From positions 103,810,360 through 103,832,331 of the forward strand of contig JANKJI020000002.1 in the NCBI GenBank assembly GCA_024626585.2: a stretch of DNA of 21,972 bases. Direction: 5' to 3'. Source of the stretch: Ginkgo biloba (lineage: Eukaryota > Plantae > Ginkgophyta). The position numbers and the translations under genes are program-made. The notes under the pieces are model-generated. The model made no database searches and was not told the DNA's origin. It worked only from the letters and a program-made list of their open reading frames with translations. This document shows positions 1 to 11,590 of this stretch, in pieces (the stretch's first letter is position 1; each line of letters starts with the position of its first letter).

Positions 1-2268
1 GAATCATTACATTTGAATTTATTTTTTTTTAATTCTACTTAAAATAAGTAAATAATCACATTGTTTTATCTAGTTCATTAGTCATTTGAAGAATAGTTAA
101 TCATTTAGTGTGCCCTTTAACTATGTCAAAGGTTAAAATTTCATTTGTTTAAGATCTCACCCACTAACAAAAAAACATAATATTCCACACTTCCATGTGC
201 ATTGATTTATCAAAAAAAGAAAAAATTGATGCTCATATTAGAATAAATAATTTTGAATAAATATGTAATAGCCTCATAACAAGTCTATAGCCATAAAGAA
301 AATCTATNNNNNNNNNNNNNNNNNNNNNNNNNNNNNNNNNNNNNNNNNNNNNNNNNNNNNNNNNNNNNNNNNNNNNNNNNNNNNNNNNNNNNNNNNNNNN
401 NNNNNNNNNNNNNNNNNNNNNNNNNNNNNNNNNNNNTTTTAGTTTTCTTTTATTTATTTATTGGCATCATATTTCTAGAACTTTTATTCTTTCTTTTAAT
501 CACAAGATTAGGATATTCCTCTTGTGGCATAGGATGTCCCCTCCTCAAAGAGGGATATTATATTTTTGGATTATAAAGTAGGTCTCCAATTATCTTGTTT
601 TACCATCAATCTTCTCATAATCCACCCTTACATTATAAATTAGGATTTCTACATTTCTTTCCACATTAAAAGTGGCATTTAGAGCCTATATTGGTAGTTG
701 AGGTTTTAGAGTGGTTATAATAATGTTGTTTCTTGAATGAGCACTAACTACAACACCACCAATAATTACTATGATCATAACTATAGTTATTTAAGGTGCA
801 TGGATAAGGCTCTACATGATTTATAAGTTAGTTTAAGCTTCTCTTTAAATAATTAACTCTCTTGCATTCATCTCCTTATCTAGATATTTTGTCTTATTCC
901 CTTTAATCTTCTCTTGAGGTTATGCTAATTGAGATTTATTAATCCCACTAAGACTATATGGTTCTTCTATAACTTGGAAACAATACCTTTTTTATAGTAA
1001 TGGCCTTACTCACAGGAATAGAAATTATGGTATAAAATTATAAGTGCTTGAGTGATCATCTTATAATAAGGTGAGAAAAGTAATAAATAAATGGTGTCTG
1101 AGAGAGGAAATCTACAAACATTAATAGATTACCTTTACTATGTTATAGGGAAAGTAAATACCACTTGGATAAGTACAATCCTACTTATACTATTAATTAA
1201 TCATATGATCTTAAAAATGTGTAAAACCACTCTAAGATCCCTTAATATTTCATCCATTCTTAGTTACTTTACACACAAAAGAAAGTTGAAAATAACATTT
1301 AATAGGGTGCCAAGACCCTTAACATAAAGGGTTTATTTCTTAATACATCCTATCGCTTACATAATTAGATAAAACACACACACAAACACACAAACACACA
1401 TAAAAAGAAACTCATCTAGAAATAACTATGTAGTTCCCTATAAAGTACAAAATGACTTTACATTTAATTAATCTTATAGGTTTCTTTCTTTCCTATTCTT
1501 TAGTAATCATACTAATATAATGGGATTAATATCTATACATTTAATCCTCAACCTTTAATAAATGTACATATGTTTATTATTCCCTAAGGGCGCATCTAAA
1601 ATTCTCTTTTTCAGAGGAAATTAACATAGCCCTAAAGTCCTAATCTTTTGACATAGACTTGAAGGTAACTTAATCAGCCTATCTTTATAATAATTCTCCT
1701 AAAGAGAAGGGTGATTTAAAACTTCTCAGTACTTTAATCCTTAAAAGATCACTTAATATATGATGTGAAGCTCAAAGGTAGATCATTGAACAACAACCCT
1801 AAATAAGTTGTGCAAAAGTTAAGAACTCTGAATTCACCCCAAAAGAAGGTTTTGAAGGTTAAAAGAAGAGTTTTTTTAGCCTCCAAATTTTTTTACATCC
1901 TATTAGAGCTTTAAGGTTATGTTAGGATTATGTGTCGTGTCTTTGTTATGAAAGCATGTTGTTTTTTTTCCACATTGCATGTGGCAATGGTGTGAAATTT
2001 TGTTGTTACATGAAACTGTGAGGTTATGTAGAGTTAAGGACAATAAAGTTGTGTTGCAATGTGAGGTTTCTGTTATGAAGTTGTTTTAAAAATTGATACA
2101 TGCAAAAAAGAGTCACTGCATGCAACTACTGTCTTTTGCATGTAGGTTTTGCGAGCATAAATAAGTAAAAAAAAAGGATATGGCAAACAAATAGTAAATG
2201 CGTATGTGTTGCAAAAGAGTTATGTGTTTTATTCCTTTGCATGCAAGTCTATTAAGCAAAAGTGTCAC

Positions 2269-2290
2269 TATATATATATATATATATATA
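2269..2290. repeat. (TA)11 microsatellite
   Basis: Direct reading. Confidence 0.95.
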
Positions 2291-2873
2291 TGAACAGCCA
2301 TGAGGCCATCAATTGTTCGTGATTTTCCTCTTAGTTGTGGGAGGAATGCACGTTTTATGACCAAAGAAGATTAGCTAAAGAGTATAAAAATAAAAAAAAG
2401 ATGGAAGAAAAAAGAGTGAAATTCTTTGCAAGTTGAAGAAGTGGAGACAGTTATAGAAACCCAAACTACTGATGTGAAGAACGAACGACCAAAGAAACTT
2501 TAACTGCGACTATGAATGTGGAGAAATGGGGGAGATCCTCACCATGTTTGGTGAAAACTAATGGCCATTTTTTGTAGAAACCCTGGGCATCGTTCACTAA
2601 GTCAGAGCTAGAAGAAAGCGTTGTTGACCGCTAGTTTGGAGAGACAGTTGTTGTGGAGAAGACGACAACCAATGTAGAATGTTGAGCAAAAATAGTACCA
2701 AATGTGACTGCAACACTGTGGAGATGAGGAGGTAGCAGACATGTAGGGATGCAACAAACAAAATGCAGAGAGATTGTTACAACAAACGTAGCAAATGAAG
2801 GAGCAAATGTCACAAAACACTGAAGGTAGCAAAGAAAGAAAATGCCGATGTAGTCGAATGAGTAGATGAAATA

Positions 2874-3246
2874 TGTTGGACAGGGATCCGACACAAGTCG
2901 GATAAGGCCTAAACCGACATCGACGAAGTAGCTCACTGACGAAAGGGGTCAACGACGAGCGTTGGCAAAAGATGGGGGATACCAAAGAAGAGAAGCAGAC
3001 CGACACCGACGAACCATTCAGACACCGACATGAGTTGGATAGCTGACTCATGTCAACAGAAGATGCATACACAGTTCTCCGACACTAACAAAGGTAGTCC
3101 ACCAACACCGACCAATGACTCTATTAGATCTCACCGACCTATGTGTCAGTTGTAACTCCCGCAGCAGTTAGATAACCGTCCGCACCTTGTATATATAGGC
3201 ATTGTAAGACAAGAGATAGGTAGCTATGACTATCTTATGGTCATGT
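2874..3246 (+). mobile_element. LTR 5' portion (U3 and promoter), relatively young; cut by a gap
   Basis: Starts TGTTGG at 2874, is CpG-rich relative to its flanks, carries repeated CCGAC motifs, and has a TATA box (TATATATAGG, 3190-3199) followed by CATTGTAA. This is a typical plant LTR layout. Confidence 0.6.
2886..3199 (+). promoter_or_regulatory. Cluster of DRE/CRT-core motifs, MYB-core motifs and a TATA box
   Basis: ACCGAC at 2913, 2999, 3005, 3024, 3107 and 3133; CCGAC at 2888 and 3079; GTCGG at 2897; CAGTTG and CAGTTA near 3147 and 3165; TATA at 3190. Function is untested. Confidence 0.45.
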
Positions 3247-4570
3247 NNNNNNNNNNNNNNNNNNNNNNNNNNNNNNNNNNNNNNNNNNNNNNNNNNNNNN
3301 NNNNNNNNNNNNNNNNNNNNNNNNNNNNNNNNNNNNNNNNNNNNNNGGACACTATGCCTTTTCCCTTTGCATTGCACCTTTACCCTATATCATCACACAT
3401 CATCACACAAGATTTTTGATAATTTGATAAAAAAACATCTTCATGAGTGAAGAATTTGAGATACATTCATATGCCAATAGAAAGATGGAATGTTTGGATC
3501 TACCTTAGATACGTGTTTTTCTAAGATACCTCATATATTATAAGATAATATTTAGTAGTAGATAAAAGATAAGATTAATAAGATACAAACCCTTATAAGA
3601 TTCTTGCTCTCACTCTATAAATTAAAAGTTTGTTAAATTTGAATTATGCAATTATGATTAAGGAAAATCCTAATCTAATGAGTGGGGATTGATGAGTGTG
3701 CACAAAAGACCCACTCATAGATAAGATAAATAACTAATTATCTTATTATAAATATTACTTACCTAGATAAGTAATTATTTATTAACTAATTACACCATGA
3801 CCTTAATTATATAAATATATAATAAGGAAATGTAAGGAAATAATTAAACATTGATGTGAGTATAGAAATATGTGTAAATATTGATGCATGATGAATCAAT
3901 TTCTCCCTGCTAAGGCTTTAATGGTATTTATTGAACTCAACACTAAGTGAGGAAATAAGTGCTCCAATTATTTGTTAGAGTACCAATGAGCCTAATGAGG
4001 AAGTTATACCTTCATGACCACTAAGTAGGAGGTATAGTAACTACTACATATCTCTCATATCTAAATGTTGAAGAGGGCATCCTATTGAAATGGTGGTTGA
4101 AATTAACTTATCAAGATAATCAACCTATTGAGAAGTTATGTGTGAATCAACCTCATTATCTAAGGAAGGAGACTTATATAGCTTAAAGCTATCTACATTA
4201 AGAACTGGATGGATTCTCGAGTATGGTGGAATATCCAACTTAAAATCATTAGGTCTAACTATTCAAAGAATGGTTTATGGCCAATAATGAATTAGTTAGT
4301 GTTGATAGGAGATATTTCATATGGAAAAGGAGGGGAGTTTTTGTCATTAAGTTATGATTAGTGGCGCGATCTAGGANNNNNNNNNNNNNNNNNNNNNNNN
4401 NNNNNNNNNNNNNNNNNNNNNNNNNNNNNNNNNNNNNNNNNNNNNNNNNNNNNNNNNNNNNNNNNNNNNNNNNNNNAGAAAAAAAAATATTCATATAAAT
4501 CACCAAATATAAGGGAAGATATATATATATAAGAATTATTATAATGACATGAATAGTAGAAATAGAATGA

Positions 4571-4624
4571 TTCTCTCATTGGCAACGTTCAAAAAAATCC
4601 CTTTTACTTCGATCTCCCCCTTTT
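4571..4624 (-). mobile_element. Possible copia (SIRE-like) multiple-PPT remnant
   Basis: AAAAGGGGGAGAT followed by GTTGCCAATGAGAGAA on the minus strand. No coding support was found. Confidence 0.25.
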
Positions 4625-6763
4625 CATCCTTCTCTCTAGGTGGTTGGCCACTTTGGAATATCTTCTATAAACTACTTCCTAATAGTCCTATCTTGGAATG
4701 ATCCTTTATGGCCCTGTATGGTCCCTCCAACTATCATATTTACTCTAACATATCTCCCTCCTTCGATCCTTGCAATCCCTCCTCTTTGTTAATCCTCAAG
4801 TGTACAATGTAGTCTTTGATACTAATGGTATATATTTAAATCTCTTTCATAAATGTGGATATGAATCTTCATATGACACTTGTACACCACATGGGATGAA
4901 GGGCATGTTACCTTTATGTAGATGAGATGTGGATACTATCACTTAGATTTATGGTAGGTGGAAAGGACTGCCACATTAATTTCTTATATATTGAATCATG
5001 GATGATTGATGAGTTGGGATTGAATGTGATCTAATGCCACACATATCAACATAGTTTGATTTTAGGGGTCTTCATTCATTTCATGTTCTCCCTTAATACT
5101 TCATGAGTCAAAAAGCCCAAAATCCTAAATTCTTGAATACCATAACCCCGAAGGTCTAGATATAAGGATTTAATTAATTGGAATTTATTTCTTCATTTAA
5201 GTGCACATTATTGTAAGAAAATGACTTATTCTATTTTTTCTCTAAGAACTCGAACTCTAAAAAATTTGAACTCCCAAACTTTGAGCGAGCATAGTATCCT
5301 TTCTTAATTTTTGGATTTGCACCATTGACGTGTGGAAAAAGAATTATTATGAGGCCTAAGGACATATCTTAACTGCATTTAATCAAATTTTAGGTCTGTA
5401 GTGCCTCAAAATCTTTCCACAAGAGAATAAATTTCACCAAATCCTAAGAACCTGAAGTCCTAGATTCTCAAAAGGTGGACATCTCATTTAATTACTCTTT
5501 TTAATTTTCTCTTAGGTCTGTAGCTTTAGGAATTACTTTAATACTTTTCAAAGAGGACCCCATCTTTGCAACCCCAAACTCTGATATTCTTGATTTTTCT
5601 TTATTTGCATAATCTCACTTCAGGTATGTAGTATCCTGGGGATTTCTTTGAGCAAAAGCTTTGGATGTTTTCCACTTATTTTCTCGAACTCTTAAAAATT
5701 TAAAACGTTAACAAATTCTCTTTCCACTTCATCAAATCAAATTTAATTTATTTTCGTGTCCACACTAGGGGTTACTTTTATTTAATTAAGATCCCCCAAA
5801 ATCATAAACACTGAAAGCTATCATCAAGTGAAGGAAGAATTAAGTATTTTATTGTTGACAATTTACTCTCCCATTAGTTCTATGTATCATATTCCATACT
5901 TCCCTCTTTGATAAAAAGCTTGATTGCAAGTATCTTAATCAATCAAACCTCTAAAACTCAAAGTCTTCCTAACTATCTTCCATAAGCTTTTGGGTTTATT
6001 CACCTCAAAATTCATATGAGGTCCTCAATTCCATCTAATCATGAAAGTTTGAATTCTAAATAATTTATTTATTTGGCATTTCTTGTATCTTCTTAGGTGA
6101 CTCTTTATCTTCGTTCTTCCCTTCTTGCATCTGGAAAAATATTCTCTAACTTCCCTCCAAAGAATAACATCAAGAAGAAAAAGGGTCCACTTATGGGTTA
6201 ATACATCTATAAAGGACGATGATAGGAATTTTACAAGAGTAACCTATCAAGGCTTAGACATACTTAGGGATATNNNNNNNNNNNNNNNNNNNNNNNNNNN
6301 NNNNNNNNNNNNNNNNNNNNNNNNNNNNNNNNNNNNNNNNNNNNNNNNNNNNNNNNNNNNNNNNNNNNNNNNNNNNNNNNNNNNNNNNNNNNNNNNNNNN
6401 NNNNNNNNNNNNNNNNNNNNNNNNNNNNNNNNNNNNNNNNNNNNNNNNNNNNNNNNNNNNNNNNNNNNNNNNNNNNNNNNNNNNNNNNNNNNNNNNNNNN
6501 NNNNNNNNNNNNNNNNNNNNNNNNNNNNNNNNNNNNNNNNNNNNNNNNNNNNNNNNNNNNNNNNNNNNNNNNNNNNNNNNNNNNNNNNNNNNNNNNNNNN
6601 NNNNNNNNNNNNNNNNNNNNNNNNNNNNNNNNNNNNNNNNNNNNNNNNNNNNNNNNNNNNNNNNNNNNNNNNNNNNNNNNNNNNNNNNNNNNNNNNNNNN
6701 NNNNNNNNNNNNNNNNNNNNNNNNNNNNNNNNNNNNNNNNNNNNNNNNNNNNNNNNNNNNNNN

Positions 6764-7200
6764 ACTTAAAGTCACTGATGTGGTATAATAATACACCCTA
6801 TATGACTCCTTTCTATTGCTCACCCCCTTTGAATCCACATCTTGAAGTGTCATCATCAGTGTATGAATATTCCAAGGAGATGAGCCCTTTTAGAATTTTA
6901 TTAGATTTTAGCTAAAGAATTACTTCTTCAACTTCATCTTAGTTTATAAAATTTTCACTTGATATATCCATCTCATCAATGATTGAGTTTTTGAGTTCCT
7001 CCTGCCCCTAAAGGAATTGTAGGATCTTATCATCTTCATCAAAGATTTTCCATGGAGTAATATTATCTAGGATAAAAAACCTAGTGACTATTTTTATTAA
7101 TTTTTTCCTTATTGGGAAACACAAGAGAGGTGGAGTCATTTATGTTGTTGCAAAATTTGGGTTATCCATGTCCTCTTACTTACGAGGCATGTCATTTTCA
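6764..7200 (-). mobile_element. Decayed Tat-like Ty3/gypsy pol fragment (linker region preceding RT)
   Basis: RFFILDNITPWKIFDEDDKILQFL*...IIDE...IL*LKSNKILKGLISLE resembles the RPSIPDNxxxWQVFEDD...QLKSNxIPKGLVxLE linker I recognise from gymnosperm Tat elements. Confidence 0.65.
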
Positions 7201-7464
7201 ATTAGGGGTGGCTTATTTATTACAACATGTACAGCATAGAGATCTTTATCATGTTTTCTTTAATCTTGATTACTATCCCTATTTGGGGATGATTTGTTCC
7301 TTTTTTTAATAACCCAATCAGTATGTTCTTCCTTGAAAGATTGATGTTCCATGTTCTTCATCTCTTAATAGGGCCAATTAGTAACTTCCATGGCATTTAA
7401 GGTGGAGGTTATATACTNNNNNNNNNNNNNNNNNNNNNNNNNNNNNNNNNNNNNNNNNNNNNNN

Positions 7465-7486
7465 TATATATATATATATATATATA
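7465..7486. repeat. (TA)n microsatellite at a gap edge
   Basis: Direct reading; 11 units visible. Confidence 0.9.
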
Positions 7487-9045
7487 ATTATCTCATTACT
7501 CAAAGGACTTATCTGTCATCACAACATTACTAGGATGAGGAAAAAGGTTTGATCTTTGGTTCAAGTGCTCATTACTTATCAAGACCACTCCTTTCTCATT
7601 TGCCCAACTCCCACCTGTATTTTAAGGTTGATTATATTAGAATGTATCCAACTTACTACTGACATGGAATAGTTGTTACAAGAACCCTGATATACGTCAG
7701 ATCTAATCCAGGTCGAAGGAAAGGAATCACTTTATGTTATGTTGAACAATCAACTTGTTGTCTTTTTTTGCACAGTCATATTGCAAGAAAAAATGGACAA
7801 AATTCGTGTAGGTTCAACCTCTTCATAAAATAGGAAAGTTGTATCATTTTTTGTTAGNNNNNNNNNNNNNNNNNNNNNNNNNNNNNNNNNNNNNNNNNNN
7901 NNNNNNNNNNNNNNNNNNNNNNNNNNNNNNNNNNNNNNNNNNNNNNNNNNNNNNNNNNNNNNNNNNNNNNNNNNNNNNNNNNNNNNNNNNNNNNNNNNNN
8001 NNNNNNNNNNNNNNNNNNNNNNNNNNNNNNNNNNNNNNNNNNNNNNNNNNNNNNNNNNNNNNNNNNNNNNNNNNNNNNNNNNNNNNNNNNNNNNNNNNNN
8101 NNNNNNNNNNNNNNNNNNNNNNNNNNNTTAGACATCGATCGACTCGATCGAAAAGAAGATGACTGAAGTGTAATTTTACTCACTGATCAGAAACCTTCTT
8201 TACACCAATCGGATTACTTTTACACACTGATAAGATCGATTATGACTGAAGAGTAAAATTGAAAAATGCAAAAAATGCAAACAACCATTTTTTTTCAAAA
8301 AATTGAAAAAAAAAATGGTTGAAGCCGAATCGGGGTTCCTCATCACCGCCAACATGGCAACCTTTTGGATTCGATTGAGCACCAATTAGAATTCCTTTTT
8401 GGCAGTTGGAAAAAATTGAAAGGATGTTGAAAAATAGAAGGCCAACAAACAAACAAATAAAAAGAGGGAATTCTAGGGTGTGCATCTCTCTTCTCTCTTC
8501 TAGATTTATGGTTTTCGATTATGGTTCCTCTCTTCTAGTTCCAATTTTGCTCTTCTAAAAAAAGGGAGCACTCTATGGAGAAAAGGGGTAGTTACTAACC
8601 GAGGGAATGTTTGTGATTTCATCGAATAATTCTCTTATGAGTTCATTTTTCCTTGTTCCAGGGGACAACCTGTGAATTTTTCAAGTCTCCACTTGCGATA
8701 ATGCCAAGGGACAATTAGTGAGTCTTCAGGCAACAACTCACTTGCGATTTTCTCTCTACTAGGCATTAGCCTGCAATCTTCCAGGTAATCATCTATGATG
8801 TAACCAAGCAATAGTTGTGATATCATATGTAAAAAGGAATGTTAAACCTTGAGGAGGCAATAATTCCTATGTACTCTGATTTTCAATCTCTTTGTGAGAC
8901 GAACATCTATAAAATTTATGGACTATGATTGCACTTTTTAATTTTTATTTCAAGAATCTTTATTTCCTTAATATGACCACCGCATGTGTATGTGTTATTT
9001 GAGTTTGTGTTTAATTCTTTTGAATTGGTTAATATTTGCAATTTT

Positions 9046-9178
9046 AAGAATTTATTATTGTGTAACTATTTAAATATTTTCTAGTTAATAAATTTATATA
9101 TTGCAAAAAAAAGAATGTATTTCTTGTAACTATTTTAGTATTTTCTACTTAATAAATTCATATATTTCAAAAAAAGAA
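9046..9178. repeat. About 64-bp tandem duplication
   Basis: TGTAACTATTT...TATTTTCTA.TTAATAAATT.ATATATT.CAAAAAAA at 9061 and 9125. Confidence 0.85.
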
Positions 9179-9444
9179 AGAAAAAAATAATTGCACACTT
9201 CTTTTAAAATTAAAATATTAAAATATTTAATTGTTAAAAGAAAATAATTGATAAAATTTTATAAGACCACATATAATTGCTTCAAATAAAAAACAAGAGA
9301 AATGACTTTAAAATATTTAACTTTTTATCACTTGATGATAAAGATGAAAAATAAAAATCAATTTATAATAATAGACATGTGTATGTTGGTCCCACTATTT
9401 TTTTGTCACTAGAAGACAAGATAATGGGACCCATTATAATGAAT

Positions 9445-9810
9445 ATATTGACTTTGTTGGGTTGCACTAATTTTCATTATGTAGAGACAAAAAATTTGAG
9501 TCATATACTTTGACTTTATAAGGCCCTACCATTCTTGTCATCTAGTGACAAAAATAAACTACTTTACTCCATCACATAGCGATGGAAAAAATATTGACTT
9601 TGTTGGGTCTCAATAATTTTCATTATGAATAGACAAAAAATTTGAGCTGTATTCTTTGACTTTATAAGGCCCTACCATTCTCGTCATCTAATGATAGAAA
9701 TAAACTGATTTTCTCTATTGCATAGAAATAGGAGAAATAGACTTTGTTATTCCTATCATTTAGTGATGGAAGAAAACTACTTTACTCCTTGGGTAGTGAT
9801 GGGAGAAATA
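9445..9810. repeat. About 146-bp tandem repeat: two full copies plus an internally deleted third
   Basis: ATATTGACTTTGTTGGG at 9445 and 9591, ATAGACTTTGTT at 9737; the first two copies share CTTTGACTTTATAAGGCCCTACCATTCT. Confidence 0.9.
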
Positions 9811-9854
9811 TCCATCGTTATAGCCTGTTGCTATGATATCCAAATGTACGAGTG

Positions 9855-10260
9855 ACAGGATTCCTTTTATAACATGCAGCACAACCAATAGGGATATCAA
9901 AATATATTAGAGTATATCCTTTTAAGATACAATTAGCACAACTTTTTTATTCTCTGATTGATTTCCATATTTTAGTTTTCTCATTTACTTATTCTTCTTA
10001 CAAAAAGAAAGCGTAGATGAAATAAGATCACCTTATTAAATATATTCACGAGGTCCATAAGTAGGTGGATAAGGTGTAATATGCATACAAAGAGGAGAGT
10101 GATAAGCATAAATATGAGTATACTTTTAAAGTGGGAGATAAATTTTAGCTTCATATTCCAAAGATGATGTCTAAGGAGGAGACAAATTAAACTAATTCAA
10201 TATGGTCCTTATACCATTTTGGAATAAAGTGGTGAGAGTGCTTTTTCTTGGATTTTCTGT
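9855..10260 (+). mobile_element. Decayed Ty3/gypsy integrase C-terminal (GPY/F) fragment, same lineage as 12454-13162
   Basis: IKYIHEVHK*VDKV*YAYKEESDKHKYEYTFKVGDKF*LHIPK, a frameshift, then QIKLIQYGPYTILE*SGESAF, matching the FxVGDxVWL...YGPFxILEKxGxNAF pattern. Confidence 0.75.
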
Positions 10261-10514
10261 AGTACCCAAGTCACCTACGCTAGAGTGAAGGTCAATCAAG
10301 TCAGTCGTATCTTCTGTCGTTGTATCAGTAGTCAATCCACCTGACCGGAGGCATTCGAGAGCACATCGAAGACTGAATGCATGGTTTGCAAACTCTTGCA
10401 GTTCACCTTCAAATTTTGTGCCTTCTAATGTCAGCAGGTCTTTGCATAGCTCTCCAACACTCGCATCACCCAGCTTTCCTGCTTCATAGAGTGTAACTGC
10501 ATGAGATTTCAATC
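10260..10514 (-). pseudogene. FAM91A1: FAM91A1-like exon fragment (internal exon, apparently truncated)
   Basis: GLKSHAVTLYEAGKLGDASVGELCKDLLTLEGTKFEGELQEFANHAFSLRCALECLRSGG matches the conserved plant FAM91A1 segment. It is preceded on the minus strand by tcttttcatcatgcAG (acceptor at 10516-10515). After about 85 codons the frame enters antisense gypsy integrase and stops at 10192. The identity is confident; pseudogene status is inferred. Confidence 0.8.
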
Positions 10515-11490
10515 CTGCATGATGAAAAGAGCTACTTAGTATAATTATAGGAGCATTTTAATTTGCTTCTTTGAAAGAAAGAAAAGGAGTGCAAGAAGTA
10601 ATGAAATGTTTTAACCTTTACAGATGCACAAGCACAAAGGCAAACATCAAATTGCATGCAGCAGGATTACTGAAAATGAAATTCTGCCAAACACATAGAT
10701 TCTAAAAGCTGTTTGAGGATTGCAAAACTTGGCAAACTTACCATCTGAACAGTTCACATTGAACTGTGCATGTCCTTGTAAGTCTTGACAAAAATCCTTA
10801 CCATTGAGATTATTGCATATGGCTTATGTTCAATGCACAATTTAGCATATACTGATGCTTACAACTTGAGGAAGAAATTATCAGACTTATAAGAAGTTGA
10901 AGCAACCTCAATAGACTTGTGACTTGTCAGTTCCACCTAAAATACGGCCAGCCCTTTCTGTAGATCTAGGGTGCAAAGATCTGAAAGAAAACTGGCATAA
11001 AGGCAAAGAAGTTGGCTTTAGACGGGCCTTAAGGGAACTCAGGAAGACACTGGAGGCTCACAAAGCAGTGTTAGAAGCCATGATAAGACAGACAAGCACA
11101 AGATGGGGCAAGAATAGGACCCTAGGGCCTCAAAACAGGCCCATGATTGCTATCAAGCAACTTGGACATACATCAACATTGTAGCCATTGGATTTTGGAA
11201 TATTCCATCGAATATTACAATCCTACAGCTGCCGTATGTCCGAGTAGCTTGGCATTTATCCTGGGCACTCAAAACAGGCAACAAAGGGCTTGGAAGATCT
11301 TTAAGGGGATTGTCGTCAGCTTTGGATGGCCTGTGTCAGTGTTAGAAGTTACTCGTGTGGAAATTAATGCTCATGTCAGTTAAATAGTGATCACATGGCA
11401 TGACTGAAGGTAGAGTTTATGATTTAGAAAAAAATTCCTGCCTTCAGAAAACATTGACGATACCAAACACTCAAAATTGAGGCAGTTAAA
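10515..11490 (-). other. Probable intron upstream of the FAM91A1 exon, possibly containing a more GC-rich insertion at about 10925-11400
   Basis: Canonical CAG acceptor. No recognisable upstream FAM91A1 exon before the gap. Confidence 0.5.
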
Positions 11491-11590
11491 NNNNNNNNNN
11501 NNNNNNNNNNNNNNNNNNNNNNNNNNNNNNNNNNNNNNNNNNNNNNNNNNNNNNNNNNNNNNNNNNNNNNNNNNNNNNNNNNNNNNNNNN

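Larger units (their letters stand above)
8610..9854 (+). mobile_element. Probable decayed CACTA-type DNA transposon end
   Basis: Repeated inverted motifs derivable from TAGCGACGG/CCGTCGCTA by CpG decay (9405, 9543, 9569, 9577, 9761, 9794, 9812, 9825) end at GAGTG (9850-9854, a degenerate TAGTG), where gypsy integrase begins. Confidence 0.4.

Noticed and set aside
1430-1455. Degenerate PBS-like sequence on the minus strand (CATTTTGTACTTTATAGGGAAC)
   Set aside because: Too diverged to support, and no coding domain was recognised nearby.
2608-3072. 154-aa and 101-aa minus-strand ORFs
   Set aside because: No recognisable domain; they span the presumed LTR boundary and low-complexity sequence.
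8282-8321. Hairpin CAACCAT(T)n...(A)nTGGTTG, and a 9-bp inverted repeat at 3678-3718
   Set aside because: Short or mostly homopolymer pairing, with no evidence for an ncRNA or miRNA.
10924-11383. 86-aa and 78-aa plus-strand ORFs
   Set aside because: No recognisable homology, non-ATG starts, and they lie within a presumed intron.
11424-11590. ORF-track extension of the SULT through the gap (LTASILSVWY...)
   Set aside because: It crosses a 100-N gap, the downstream peptide is not SULT-like, and the expected 3'-PB motif (YxxRNPxD) is absent.
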